Of a stretch of DNA of 64,000 bases, positions 47,356 to 56,554 are shown piece by piece; within the stretch, counting starts at the first letter, position 1, and each line of letters opens with the position of its first letter. Made by a program: the position numbers and the translations under genes. This DNA comes from an uncultured Desulfosarcina sp. (GTDB lineage: Bacteria > Desulfobacterota > Desulfobacteria > Desulfobacterales > Desulfosarcinaceae). A model generated the notes under the pieces. The model made no database searches. It had not been told where the DNA came from and saw only the letters and a program-made list of their open reading frames with translations. The stretch spans positions 1,888,001 through 1,952,000 of the forward strand of contig CAXXWQ010000003.1 in the NCBI GenBank assembly GCA_963674945.2, read 5' to 3'.

Positions 47356-47823
47356 ATGGCGGATTATTCGGGTTTGGAGAGACGATGTGGAAAAGATCGC
47401 CGCATACAGAATCTACCGATCACAAAGAGGTTGTTTTTCAAGGGATCAAGAACATCCGGCCGACGCCGCGAAGACCGCACCCAGGTCGTCCTGTTGGATC
47501 GGTATAAGCCATCCCTGGTCATGATCACAGCCTTGATTTTAGGGCTGAGCCTGTTGGACGCCATTCTCACCCTTACACTCATCTCCAAGGGCGCCCATGA
47601 AGTCAACCCCTTCATGCGGTATTGTCTGGGACACGGCGCACACGCTTTTTTACTCGTCAAATACAGTCTGACCGCCCTCTCGGCGCTGATTATTGTCATC
47701 TGCCATGAAGCCATCGTCACGCGCTATCGGCTGGCATCCGGCATCCTGCCTTTTTTCGCCACGGCATTCGGTTGCGTGGTGGTCTGGGAGTTCTATCTGT
47801 TGTCGATCGCGGGTTGCAGGTAG
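47356..47823 (+). CDS. DUF5658-like membrane protein with N-terminal Arg-rich repeats
   Basis: ERRCGKDRR..GRRREDR; LSLLDAILT..GAHEVNPFM..FLLVK. Confidence 0.8.
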   Translation: MADYSGLERRCGKDRRIQNLPITKRLFFKGSRTSGRRREDRTQVVLLDRYKPSLVMITALILGLSLLDAILTLTLISKGAHEVNPFMRYCLGHGAHAFLLVKYSLTALSALIIVICHEAIVTRYRLASGILPFFATAFGCVVVWEFYLLSIAGCR

Positions 47824-47850
47824 TTTTTGTTCACAATGTGTCCGCTAAAT

Positions 47851-47909
47851 GACGAACGGCTGGACTCTATGGCGAGGGAACCGAGTCCATAGCAGCCCAT
47901 TGGTTAACC
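47851..47909 (-). mobile_element. Integron attC site (59 bp) of the toxin-antitoxin cassette
   Basis: GGTTAAC CAAT GGGCT[G]CTATGG..CCATAG AGTCC AGCC GTTCGTC; the mazF stop codon lies in the R'' box; extrahelical base present. Confidence 0.8.
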
Positions 47910-48242
47910 GCCAATTATTTCATTCAAACCGTCAATAATAAGAGCCAATTCTTCATCAGATGCTTTTGCCACTTTCTTGCCGATCCGTTTTGTAGAAAGG
48001 ATTCGAATTTGACTGATTTTTACCCAAGAATTTTTGGGTAGCTTGGTATCCGATAGTTCTATGGTCAACGGATAGCCGGCCCTTTGTGGCTGACTGGTGA
48101 TCGCCACAGCAATGACAGTCCCTGATCTGTCGTTGAACACATTGTGGCTTAAAATAAGAACAGGGCGAAACCCGCCCTGTTCACTACCAATTACTGGATT
48201 TAAATCTGCCCAGTATATATCACCCCTTAGTATTCTGGCCAT
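47904..48242 (-). CDS. mazF: PemK/MazF family mRNA interferase toxin
   Basis: [36 protein letters not shown]. Confidence 0.95.
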   Translation of the reverse strand: MARILRGDIYWADLNPVIGSEQGGFRPVLILSHNVFNDRSGTVIAVAITSQPQRAGYPLTIELSDTKLPKNSWVKISQIRILSTKRIGKKVAKASDEELALIIDGLNEIIGG

Positions 48243-48469
48243 TCTTCCAACTCCGACGAGAAGCCCTCCTCTGCTAGGGATTGTTCGAATTCTGGATCTA
48301 ACTTAGCGCACTCCTTGGCAAGACGGCTTTTCTCAATACGCATTAATTTTTCGGTAACAGCCTCCTGAATAGCTTTGCTGCGATTCGGAAAAAATTTCGA
48401 TTTGACAAGAATATCTAAACGTTTAAGTGTGTTGTCATCAATTGTAATTGCAATTTTAGATGCTGCCAT
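48227..48469 (-). CDS. Ribbon-helix-helix antitoxin
   Basis: KIAITID..L..LD..V....[11 protein letters not shown]; acidic tail ending EEWPEY; overlaps the toxin start. Confidence 0.9.
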   Translation of the reverse strand: MAASKIAITIDDNTLKRLDILVKSKFFPNRSKAIQEAVTEKLMRIEKSRLAKECAKLDPEFEQSLAEEGFSSELEEWPEY

Positions 48470-48482
48470 TTTAGTCACCTCC

Positions 48483-48503
48483 GGTATGACAATATATCAT
48501 ACC
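48483..48503. promoter_or_regulatory. Palindromic operator overlapping the TA promoter
   Basis: GGTATGA-CAATATA-TCATACC; minus-strand TTGCAA...TATATT/TATTGT promoter. Confidence 0.65.
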
Positions 48504-48540
48504 ATGGCGCTTTGCAAGCTTAATTTGCCTGGCGGTTAAT

Positions 48541-48607
48541 GCCGAACGCCATGCTCACTGGAGAGGGCCGCTTTTTGGCCTGAATCCAGTGAAGCAAAAG
48601 GTTATGT
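48541..48607 (-). mobile_element. Integron attC site (67 bp) of the HEPN cassette
   Basis: ACATAAC CTTTT GCT[T]CACTGGA..GGCC..GGCC..TCCAGTGAGC ATGGC GTTCGGC; the HEPN stop codon lies in R''. Confidence 0.85.
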
Positions 48608-49102
48608 TTTTCTTCTTAAGTTTGCTAATACAGACCCGACTTCCGACAGGAATAGCATGAGTTTAACCGCAGTGACTTTACAGCGGAATGTAATATTTCC
48701 CCAGGACTCATTCCAAAAGGTAAAATTCATATTTTCATCGATTTCGTAATTGGCGTGAGCGACTGAATTGCGAAGTTTGTGCAATAAATTGTATTTGAAG
48801 TCAGAGTCGAAATCCGGATCTTTCCGAGACTGGATCTGGAATGACTCTCGAAGTTTTCTTTCATCGATCTTGGTGAGAACTGGATGCGCTTTGTCTTTTT
48901 CAATCCATATTTCTTTGGGAACTATTAAAAGGCAATATAATAGTGACGCTACATGCGCCTGATTCATATAATCGTATCCATTTAATTCATAGAGCGCACA
49001 TATGGAATTGACAGCTTCGACCCAATCGCCGGTCCTCTGAGCCTCTTGTACAATTTGTGCATTTATGAATGCCCGCTGAGGGATCTCTTCGGTAAGTTTC
49101 AT
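48602..49102 (-). CDS. HEPN domain putative ribonuclease (pEK499_p136-like)
   Basis: LYCLLIVPKE and RNSVAH (RxxxxH) motifs; AT-rich. Confidence 0.75.
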   Translation of the reverse strand: MKLTEEIPQRAFINAQIVQEAQRTGDWVEAVNSICALYELNGYDYMNQAHVASLLYCLLIVPKEIWIEKDKAHPVLTKIDERKLRESFQIQSRKDPDFDSDFKYNLLHKLRNSVAHANYEIDENMNFTFWNESWGNITFRCKVTAVKLMLFLSEVGSVLANLRRKT

Positions 49103-49234
49103 TTCCTTCCATCATCACTGACCATAACAAAGGTTCATGTTGCTTGGGACGGTGATGGTGGCGTGGAATGAAATTCCCCAACTCTGTTTCATTTAGCTAC
49201 AGGAAACCGCTATATCAATGAAATAAAAGGAATT

Positions 49235-49786
49235 TCATTCGGATTCTTCCGGCGAAACAATATTCAGGTCGGAACGCTCCTCCTCCGGTTCATTTGTTCC
49301 GCTTCCGGAATCATCCTGGTCAACGGATTCGTTCGGTTCGACATTACCCTCTTCAAGCCCCTGTATATCCATCGACCTGTCGCCAGGACTGGGTATCGGT
49401 TCGGGTTGTGGCGGCTGTGAAAAGGAAATCGCGTTTGTCGAGCTGCCTTTCTCGCTTTTTCCGAACACTTTGATGACGATGGTGTGATCCGATTCCCAGA
49501 TGATGGTGTGATTAAGACTCTTGAGCAGACGTTTGAGCCCCTTTTCCAACGGCAAGTTGATAATCGTGGCACTCACCGGGTGGGACTGCCACGCCGGGCT
49601 GAGATGAAATTGGTAGCCGGTTTCTTCTGAAATGGTATCGAGGACATCGGCCAACGGTTCGTCCTTGACCGTCAGGCTGATCACGGGGTCCGCCTCTTTC
49701 TCCTGGGCCATGGCCCGCACCATTGCACCATTTCCCAAATGGAAAAAAAGCACCAGAAAAATGATCAAAGGCAATTTTTTTTTCAT
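49235..49786 (-). CDS. Exported protein with stand-alone STN/secretin-N0-like domain and acidic tail
   Basis: Signal peptide; ISLTVKDEPLADVLDTISEETGYQF..VSATIINLPLEKGLKRLL. Confidence 0.7.
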   Translation of the reverse strand: MKKKLPLIIFLVLFFHLGNGAMVRAMAQEKEADPVISLTVKDEPLADVLDTISEETGYQFHLSPAWQSHPVSATIINLPLEKGLKRLLKSLNHTIIWESDHTIVIKVFGKSEKGSSTNAISFSQPPQPEPIPSPGDRSMDIQGLEEGNVEPNESVDQDDSGSGTNEPEEERSDLNIVSPEESE

Positions 49787-49963
49787 TGGCATATTCCGGT
49801 AATCGGGTCTTGCCGGCCAAGGCGAGGGTAACTATATCGCCATTGGAAAGAGTGTGATATTCATATTCCATTCTTTCGAATTTCTCAATGCTTCAATGGG
49901 GTGTTTCGAAAGAATCGATAGGAAATGGATCGACTGCTGTCACACACATAGGAATGGTCCGAC

Positions 49964-50854
49964 GTGCCAAAAGATATAAGGGATATCCAATACATCACAC
50001 CGGCTTCTATACAAAAGCTGAATTTCGTCCGTTCATCACCGTCGTACACGTTGCGGCGGCACTACCGGCAAGGACTTCGCTCCCATATTCTGGAAATCCT
50101 CGACCCATCCGATGTCGCGTTGGAAAAAAATGGCGTGGAACTCGACGGTATCCGTTGGTTTCCACGGGCAAAGCCGAAAATGATGTTTCGTATCTTTCGA
50201 ACCCGGCTGAAATCACTGGAAGATGGCCTGGAAGAGATCGAGAGGGTGAGAATCGTGGAGCGGTACCTGGCGCCGAATTTCATGGCAGTTTCCACCGAAT
50301 GCATCGTGGACTACCGGAAGCCTGTGGGAAGGGAACTTTTGCTGTGCGGTTTCCAGGAGTTCATGGAGGGGGTGGTTCTGGATCCGTGGACTGTTCTGGA
50401 AACGGACGAACTGCTCTCTTCCCTCTACGAGGCATGCAGAACCGGAAACGATGCGAACCTTCTTCCGCGAAAGGCGTGGTTTGCAGCGATCAAAAAAAAC
50501 GGCAACCGATTCGTCGGAAACATTAAGCGGATGATCACCCAAACCGGTCATATTCCCGATCTCGCAGGTGTCGGAAACCTGATCCTTACCCCCATGGGTG
50601 GCATTCGCCTGGTGGATATCAACAATATCTCTCCCATTGCCTTTGCGAATTCGATCCCCACAGACGAAAAAGGCTACCCCGTGTGCGACAAATCGGTGGA
50701 GGCCCTTTCCCTTATCGAGAGGAAAATCGTGGGGCACCCCGTAGACATGAACGAAAAACTATACGAATGGTTTCTCGCCCCCGGAAGGCGGGAAGCGGTC
50801 AAGGAGAAAGAGGCACGATTCTGGCGGATGAAGGCAGGTGACCGTCCGGATTGA
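49964..50854 (+). CDS. Hypothetical protein, possible protein-kinase-like fold
   Basis: 296-aa ORF; HIPDLAGVGNLIL....IRLVDINN. Confidence 0.7.
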   Translation: MPKDIRDIQYITPASIQKLNFVRSSPSYTLRRHYRQGLRSHILEILDPSDVALEKNGVELDGIRWFPRAKPKMMFRIFRTRLKSLEDGLEEIERVRIVERYLAPNFMAVSTECIVDYRKPVGRELLLCGFQEFMEGVVLDPWTVLETDELLSSLYEACRTGNDANLLPRKAWFAAIKKNGNRFVGNIKRMITQTGHIPDLAGVGNLILTPMGGIRLVDINNISPIAFANSIPTDEKGYPVCDKSVEALSLIERKIVGHPVDMNEKLYEWFLAPGRREAVKEKEARFWRMKAGDRPD

Positions 50855-50887
50855 TACACGCCGACATTGCAACGATGGGGTAAAGGT

Positions 50888-51895
50888 TCACAAGGCTTCC
50901 CGTGCACGGTCGATGTTGTCGACGTCTCCCATGACGATCAGGGTCATTCCCGCCTCGATGACATAGGAACTGGGCGGCCGGAATTCAAATTTTCCATCTC
51001 GTCTCTGGACACCAAGCAAGAGGAGATTGAACTGGTCGCGAAGCCCCGATTTTATGATGGGCTTTCCCGCCAGGGAGGAGTGTTCGTCCACATGGATCTG
51101 GTTGATACGCAGGGCGCCACGCTCGCTTCGCACCAGGTTGTCCATGAATTCGACGGCAGCCGGCCGGATCATCTCCGAAGCCATACGAATGGCACCGATG
51201 GCGTTGGGGGAGACAACCGATGTGGCACCGGCCTTGAGCAGTTTGGGCTTCAGCCGGCTGTTGGTCATGCGGGTAATGATCCGCGCCGTGGTATTGAGCA
51301 TGCGGGCGGTCATGGTGATGTAGAGATTGTCGTTGTCCGACGGCAGACAGATGGTGATTCCCGTTGCCCGTTCGATTCCGGCGGCAATGAGGTTCTTGTC
51401 GTCGGTGGCATCGCCGAGAATAGAGTAGAGCCCCTTGTATTGGCGCGATTGTTCTATGACATTTTTATCCTGCTCGATCAGCACCACCTTGGCCTTGCTG
51501 GCGACCAGCTCCACGGCCAGGGGGAAACCGGTTTCCCCGCCCCCGCAGACGATGTAGTGGTCGGACAGGGCCTTGATCTTGTTCTCCATCTTTCTCCTCC
51601 TGAGCATGCCGGTCAGATCGCCTTCGATGAACATGGCCGTCACCGTAGAGATGCTGTACAGGATGATACCCATGCCCGATGTGATGAGCAGCATGGTAAA
51701 AATCTGGGCCGAGGGATTCCCCGTAACCCCCAGCACCTCACCGTATCCGACGGTCGTAAGGGTGATCACGGTCATGTAGAGGCAGTCCAGAAAGCTGGAC
51801 GTGCCGTCGAAAAGGATATAGTAGCCCACGCTTCCCACCAATAGGGTCGCAATGAGAATGACCACCGCGAAAATGAGACGGCTTCGGATTTCCAT
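50888..51895 (-). CDS. Potassium channel with TrkA-N/TrkA-C (RCK) domains
   Basis: TLTTVGYGE selectivity filter, HYIVCGGG, GDATDD..L..AGI. Confidence 0.93.
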   Translation of the reverse strand: MEIRSRLIFAVVILIATLLVGSVGYYILFDGTSSFLDCLYMTVITLTTVGYGEVLGVTGNPSAQIFTMLLITSGMGIILYSISTVTAMFIEGDLTGMLRRRKMENKIKALSDHYIVCGGGETGFPLAVELVASKAKVVLIEQDKNVIEQSRQYKGLYSILGDATDDKNLIAAGIERATGITICLPSDNDNLYITMTARMLNTTARIITRMTNSRLKPKLLKAGATSVVSPNAIGAIRMASEMIRPAAVEFMDNLVRSERGALRINQIHVDEHSSLAGKPIIKSGLRDQFNLLLLGVQRRDGKFEFRPPSSYVIEAGMTLIVMGDVDNIDRAREAL

Positions 51896-51897
51896 GA

Positions 51898-52545
51898 TTA
51901 TTTCGAACTCGAACGGACACCGCAGACGTGAGCCAGGGCCGCGGCGGCCGCAGTTGGATTAGGAACGCGGGTGATACAACTGATCACGGCGAGTCCCGCC
52001 GCACCGCATTGGAAACACGCGGCACCGTTTTCCGGCCCGATTCCGCCGATGGCCACAACGGGAACCGGAGAATGGTGGACGATCTCCCTGAGACCTGCCA
52101 GCCCGCCAACGGGCTTGGCATCGGTCTTGGTATCGGTCGGAAAGGTGGGCCCCGTTCCGATGTAATCGCAATGGGATAGATCGGTTCGTTTCAATTCGGC
52201 CATGGTGGAAACCGACACGCCCACGATGGCGTCCGGCCCTAAGACCTGCCTTGCCAACACCGGTGCGTCGTCATCCTGTCCCACGTGAACCCCATCGGCA
52301 CCAACGGCCTTGGCCAGCAAAACGTTATCGTTCACGATAAAAGGAATACCGGCATCTTTGCACACCCGGCGAATGGAAACGACCTCGTCGAATCGGTCCA
52401 GGGCGAAGGACTTGTTGCGATACTGGATCATGGTGGCACCGGCGGCCATGACCAGGCACACCTGATCCAATGGGAAAAAGCCTTCGACCTTTTCATCGGT
52501 GATGAAGTAAAACCTGACGGCGTCTCGGATTCTTTTCGGGTGCAT
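51898..52545 (-). CDS. thiE: Thiamine-phosphate synthase
   Basis: IQYRNK, FIVND, DGVHVGQDD, PTDTK, VAIGGI. Confidence 0.94.
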   Translation of the reverse strand: MHPKRIRDAVRFYFITDEKVEGFFPLDQVCLVMAAGATMIQYRNKSFALDRFDEVVSIRRVCKDAGIPFIVNDNVLLAKAVGADGVHVGQDDDAPVLARQVLGPDAIVGVSVSTMAELKRTDLSHCDYIGTGPTFPTDTKTDAKPVGGLAGLREIVHHSPVPVVAIGGIGPENGAACFQCGAAGLAVISCITRVPNPTAAAAALAHVCGVRSSSK

Positions 52546-52598
52546 GGCAAAATAACCGAATTCAACTTTTCACTGCTTCTCAATAAGACCCAATATGG

Positions 52599-53168
52599 TT
52601 ACTGCGGGGACCGGGTCAGCGCATGGTGCAGTTCCATAAAACGTTTCGCCTCTTCCGGCCCATACCTGGCCAGTCCCGCCGTGATCTCCTCGGTGGACTT
52701 TTCACGGCCACCATTTTTTCCCTTGGAAAAAAACTTGTCCGCATAGCAGACGATACGTTCCTCAACGGTAGAGGGCACCATATCCCGGACGGGCAAGGGC
52801 AACCGGCGTCGCAGGACCTGTTCCGCCCTGATTCCCACGCCCACATGGCTCTCGCAGACCCGACCGTGGGCAGTCAGCCCCACGTCGCCTAACATCCGCT
52901 TTCCTTCGACGCCATGACAAAGGTAAGGAAGTTCCCCCGTGCACCCCAACTCCGGGCACCGGGTACGGCCGATACCGATATCGTGGAGCATGGCCGCCTC
53001 GAGCACGAAGACGCGGTCCGGCTTCAGCCATTGGGCATGGTCCATCACATCCAGGGCTTTTTGGGCCACCTGTTCCCCGTGACGGAGCAATAGATCCCGT
53101 ATACGGCTGCCCGCCGGATAGATCTCGGTAATGACCGCTTCGGCGTCGACGGTACCCGATGGTCTCAT
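52599..53168 (-). CDS. HD(IG) domain phosphohydrolase
   Basis: AMLHDIG, HGVEG, HVGVG, YADKFFSK; ATGA overlap with the prfB stop. Confidence 0.88.
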   Translation of the reverse strand: MRPSGTVDAEAVITEIYPAGSRIRDLLLRHGEQVAQKALDVMDHAQWLKPDRVFVLEAAMLHDIGIGRTRCPELGCTGELPYLCHGVEGKRMLGDVGLTAHGRVCESHVGVGIRAEQVLRRRLPLPVRDMVPSTVEERIVCYADKFFSKGKNGGREKSTEEITAGLARYGPEEAKRFMELHHALTRSPQ

Positions 53169-54278
53169 CAGCGTTTTCCGTTCGCCTTGCCCGACAGCAA
53201 CACGCCCTCGATGAAAATATCGATGTCGCCATCCAAGACGCCGTTTATATTTCCCACGTCCAGGCCGATGCGGTGATCCTTGACCATCTGGTAGGGATGC
53301 AGGACGTAGGAACGGATCTGACTTCCCCATGCGATGTCGTCCTTGCCATCGTGGATCTGCTGCATCTTCTCATCCTGTTTGCGTTTTTCCGCCTCGTACA
53401 ACCTGGACTTGAGAACCTTCATGGCCATGTCCTTGTTCCGGTGTTGGGATTTCTCCTGCTGGCACTGGACGACGATGCCCGTGGGAAGATGGGTAATGCG
53501 AACGGCGCTGGACGTTTTGTTGACGTGCTGCCCGCCCGCACCACTGGCCCGGAACACGTCGATACGAAGATCCTTTTCCGCAACGTCGATCTCGATGGTG
53601 TTGTCCAGTTCAGGATAGACAAATACGGAAGCAAACGAGGTGTGGCGTTTGCCGCTGGCGTTAAAAGGAGAAATTCTCACGAGTCGATGCACGCCGGTCT
53701 CGGACTTGAGATACCCGTAGGCGTATTGTCCCGTGGCGGTAAATGTGACACCTTTGATACCCGCCTCCTCCCCGGGTTGAAAATCGATGATGGTCGTTTT
53801 GAATCCCTTTGCGTCGACCCATCTTGCGTACATGCGAAACAGCATTTCCGCCCAGTCCTGGGCTTCCGTGCCGCCTGCGCCGGCATTGATGGAGATGATG
53901 GCATTGTTCTGGTCGTCGGGGCCGTCCAGCATTAAATTCAGCGAAAATCTGTGAATCCGCTTCTCCAGTTCACCGATTTGATCCGACACTTCCGACAGGG
54001 TATCCGTATCGGACTCTTCGATGGCCAATTCCATGAGGATTGCCGTATCCTCCAGGTCCTTTTCCAATTCGTTGAACGCGTCGATCCGCTGACCGAGCAG
54101 TGTTCGTTCTTTTAGGATCGTGGTGGTGGCGTCGGGATCATCCCAGAAACCGTTTCGGGCGATCTCCGCTTCGATCTCCTGGAGTCTTTTTTTCTGGCTG
54201 CCCAGGTCAAAGATACTCCTTTAGCTGTTCAAGCTTTTCTTTGTGCTCTTTCAATGTCTGTTTGGCTTCGGAACTCAT
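53168..54278 (-). CDS. prfB: Peptide chain release factor 2 (programmed +1 frameshift)
   Basis: 23-codon first frame MSSEAK...KEYL, then CTT TGA C; SPF and GGQ motifs in the second frame. Confidence 0.97.
54206..54220 (-). promoter_or_regulatory. prfB autoregulatory frameshift site
   Basis: AGGAG TAT CTT TGA C: internal SD plus slippery stop. Confidence 0.95.
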
Positions 54279-54281
54279 GGT

Positions 54282-55919
54282 TTATCTCCTTTTTCCAGCC
54301 AATCGGCCGACGATTTGTTGTAAACGGTGGGGAAGCCGAAGGCCAGATAAGACGCTTGCCTCCCGTCTGCGCTGGATTACGTCCCTTGCAAGGAAAATGC
54401 AAAGGAACAACAGGCTCGCCTGGGGCATCAGATCGCCGATACTGGTATAGATGGTACGATCGGCAAGAATGGGGACACGTTCAGACACCACGGCATCTTC
54501 GAACAGGGCTGTCTGCGCAGCGATTCGTCCCGTTGGATCCACGAATCCGCTGATTCCCGTGTTGGCGCATCGTACAAGACTCCTGCGATTTTCCACGGCG
54601 CGAAACACCGTCATGGAAAAATGCTGATAGGCGGCGGCGCTTTTTCCGAACCAGGCGTCGTTTGTCAAATTGACAAGCACACCGGCACCATTTTTCGCCA
54701 GGGAACGGGAAAGTCCGGGAAAAATGATTTCAAAACAGATCTGGACGCCGATCTTGGTCTTTTCATCTATCCAATTGAGCGTTCTCCCCTTCTCTCCGGC
54801 CGAAAAATCCCCAACCTGGGCCACCATCTTGCCCGCGAAGAAAAGAAGGCGCTTTAACGGCACATATTCACCGAAGGGAACCAGATGCACCTTGTCGTAG
54901 CGTTGGTCGATCTTTCCTTGCGGTGTAACCATGTACGCACTGTTATAGTAATTCCGTTCATCGGCCGTCCGTTGCATGCGGGGACTTCCCACCAGAAGAT
55001 AAGCACCTGTCTTCTTGGCGGCATCGGTGACCAGCCGCGTGAGTTTGGGACTCGCCCCCAGGTAAAAGGGGGTCGCCGTCTCGGGCCAGACCACGAGTTT
55101 CGGATCATGTTCGGATGCAGCTATGGTCATGTCCACATATTTTTTCGTGGTGCTGATCTGAAATGCCGGGTGCCATTTGATCGCCTGTTCGATATTTCCC
55201 TGAACAAGGGCGACACCGTAGGATTTCACCTCGGTCATTTCGGCTTTTACCGCATCCAGTCGCCTGGTTCCATAGGAAACCACGAAAACCATCAAAATCA
55301 GGCATATGGCAACATTTTGAACCAGCAGCCACCTGTCCATCGATTGTCCCTGCCATTTTTTCCCGGCAACGTGCCCCACCATGACATAAACGGCTGCATT
55401 GACGGCCACCACGACAAAAGAGACGCCATATACACCAAATATATCGGCTATCTGAATAACATGCAACCAATGGGACTGGGAGTACCCGACGAGCCCCCAG
55501 GGAAACCCCGAAAACATAAATCCCCTGGCATACTCCAGCGCCACCCAGAACACGGGAGCCAACAGTACGAGGTACGCGGGCTTCCGGCAGAAACGGACCA
55601 GCACCATGGCAAAAAGGCCGGTGTAGAGGGAAAGATAGGTGGCCAGAAGCAGCAAAAGTGTGAAACACAGCCACCACGGTAAAAAACCATAGTGATGCAT
55701 GGTGTAAATCACCCAGTACAACAGGGAGAGGAAATGGGCCAGACCGGCGACCATGCCGATTCGGAATGCACTTTTGGGAGAGACATCCCTCAAAGCGAAA
55801 AACAGCGGCACCAGGGCGAACCAGGCCAGGACGGAGAGTCCCAGTTTGGGGAAGGCCGTCGTCAGGATCAACCCACTCACCGTGGCAAGCCGCCATTTTG
55901 ATTTCACCGAAATGAGCAT
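54282..55919 (-). CDS. lnt: Apolipoprotein N-acyltransferase
   Basis: GFPW, VQGNI, WPET, YDKVHLVPFGEY, ICFE, TNDAWFG, RAVE. Confidence 0.95.
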   Translation of the reverse strand: MLISVKSKWRLATVSGLILTTAFPKLGLSVLAWFALVPLFFALRDVSPKSAFRIGMVAGLAHFLSLLYWVIYTMHHYGFLPWWLCFTLLLLLATYLSLYTGLFAMVLVRFCRKPAYLVLLAPVFWVALEYARGFMFSGFPWGLVGYSQSHWLHVIQIADIFGVYGVSFVVVAVNAAVYVMVGHVAGKKWQGQSMDRWLLVQNVAICLILMVFVVSYGTRRLDAVKAEMTEVKSYGVALVQGNIEQAIKWHPAFQISTTKKYVDMTIAASEHDPKLVVWPETATPFYLGASPKLTRLVTDAAKKTGAYLLVGSPRMQRTADERNYYNSAYMVTPQGKIDQRYDKVHLVPFGEYVPLKRLLFFAGKMVAQVGDFSAGEKGRTLNWIDEKTKIGVQICFEIIFPGLSRSLAKNGAGVLVNLTNDAWFGKSAAAYQHFSMTVFRAVENRRSLVRCANTGISGFVDPTGRIAAQTALFEDAVVSERVPILADRTIYTSIGDLMPQASLLFLCIFLARDVIQRRREASVLSGLRLPHRLQQIVGRLAGKRR

Positions 55920-55923
55920 GATA

Positions 55924-56448
55924 TCAACGTTGTCCGATTGACTCGTTCAGGTACTGCCGAACCGCGGAAATGGTATGGGAAAACATCTTGGAACCCGCCA
56001 AAATGGCCAGAGCATCGTCACGCCCACCGCAATGTTCGGCAAATGCCGGACCGATCGCCATGGCCGGTTCCTGGATTTGCCCGGCCGCATCCAGTTCATG
56101 GATATATCCATTGAGGCGTTGCCTGAGAAGGTCGAAATAGTCGATATCCGTACCCACGGTCAAGGATGCCGATACAGACAAGGTCGCGGAAAAATTTCGG
56201 ACATGCTCCCAGTAATTTTCTCCCAAGGGGTTTTTCAGATCATCTTCCGCCAGGAAAAAGGCGATGGCCCAACCAACCGAGACGATCCGAAGAAGTTGGA
56301 TCTCGTATTCAAGGATCGCGCGCCGTTCCGGCTCCGTTACGGGAAGGGTGCGCAAGATGGCGTTCATGTCGCCACGATCGATGGCGAATTGAAACAGCTG
56401 CTCACCGGCACGCTCAATCCATGCATTTATCTCATCGAGGGAGGGCAT
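55924..56448 (-). CDS. Hypothetical protein
   Basis: ORF between asd and lnt; start at ATG 56448. Confidence 0.75.
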   Translation of the reverse strand: MPSLDEINAWIERAGEQLFQFAIDRGDMNAILRTLPVTEPERRAILEYEIQLLRIVSVGWAIAFFLAEDDLKNPLGENYWEHVRNFSATLSVSASLTVGTDIDYFDLLRQRLNGYIHELDAAGQIQEPAMAIGPAFAEHCGGRDDALAILAGSKMFSHTISAVRQYLNESIGQR

Positions 56449-56466
56449 CGAACCTTCCACCCAAAT

Positions 56467-56509
56467 TGAGCGATTAGCTGTTAGCCAATTGCTAAAGGCT
56501 AACCGCTCA
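56467..56509. repeat. Short heptamer-built hairpin downstream of asd
   Basis: TGAGCGATTAGCTGTTAGC-CAATT-GCTAAAGGCTAACCGCTCA. Confidence 0.6.
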
Positions 56510-56554
56510 CCTTGGGAATAACAATATGTTATTGGCACACCAAGCGCCAATCCC

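Noticed and set aside
49129..49234. attI site / integrase promoter upstream of the HEPN cassette
   Set aside because: Only a weak simple-site resemblance (CATGAAC-CTTT-GTTATG) and no intI adjacent; cannot be supported
53168..54278. prfB pseudogene or sequencing error
   Set aside because: The break is the canonical programmed frameshift
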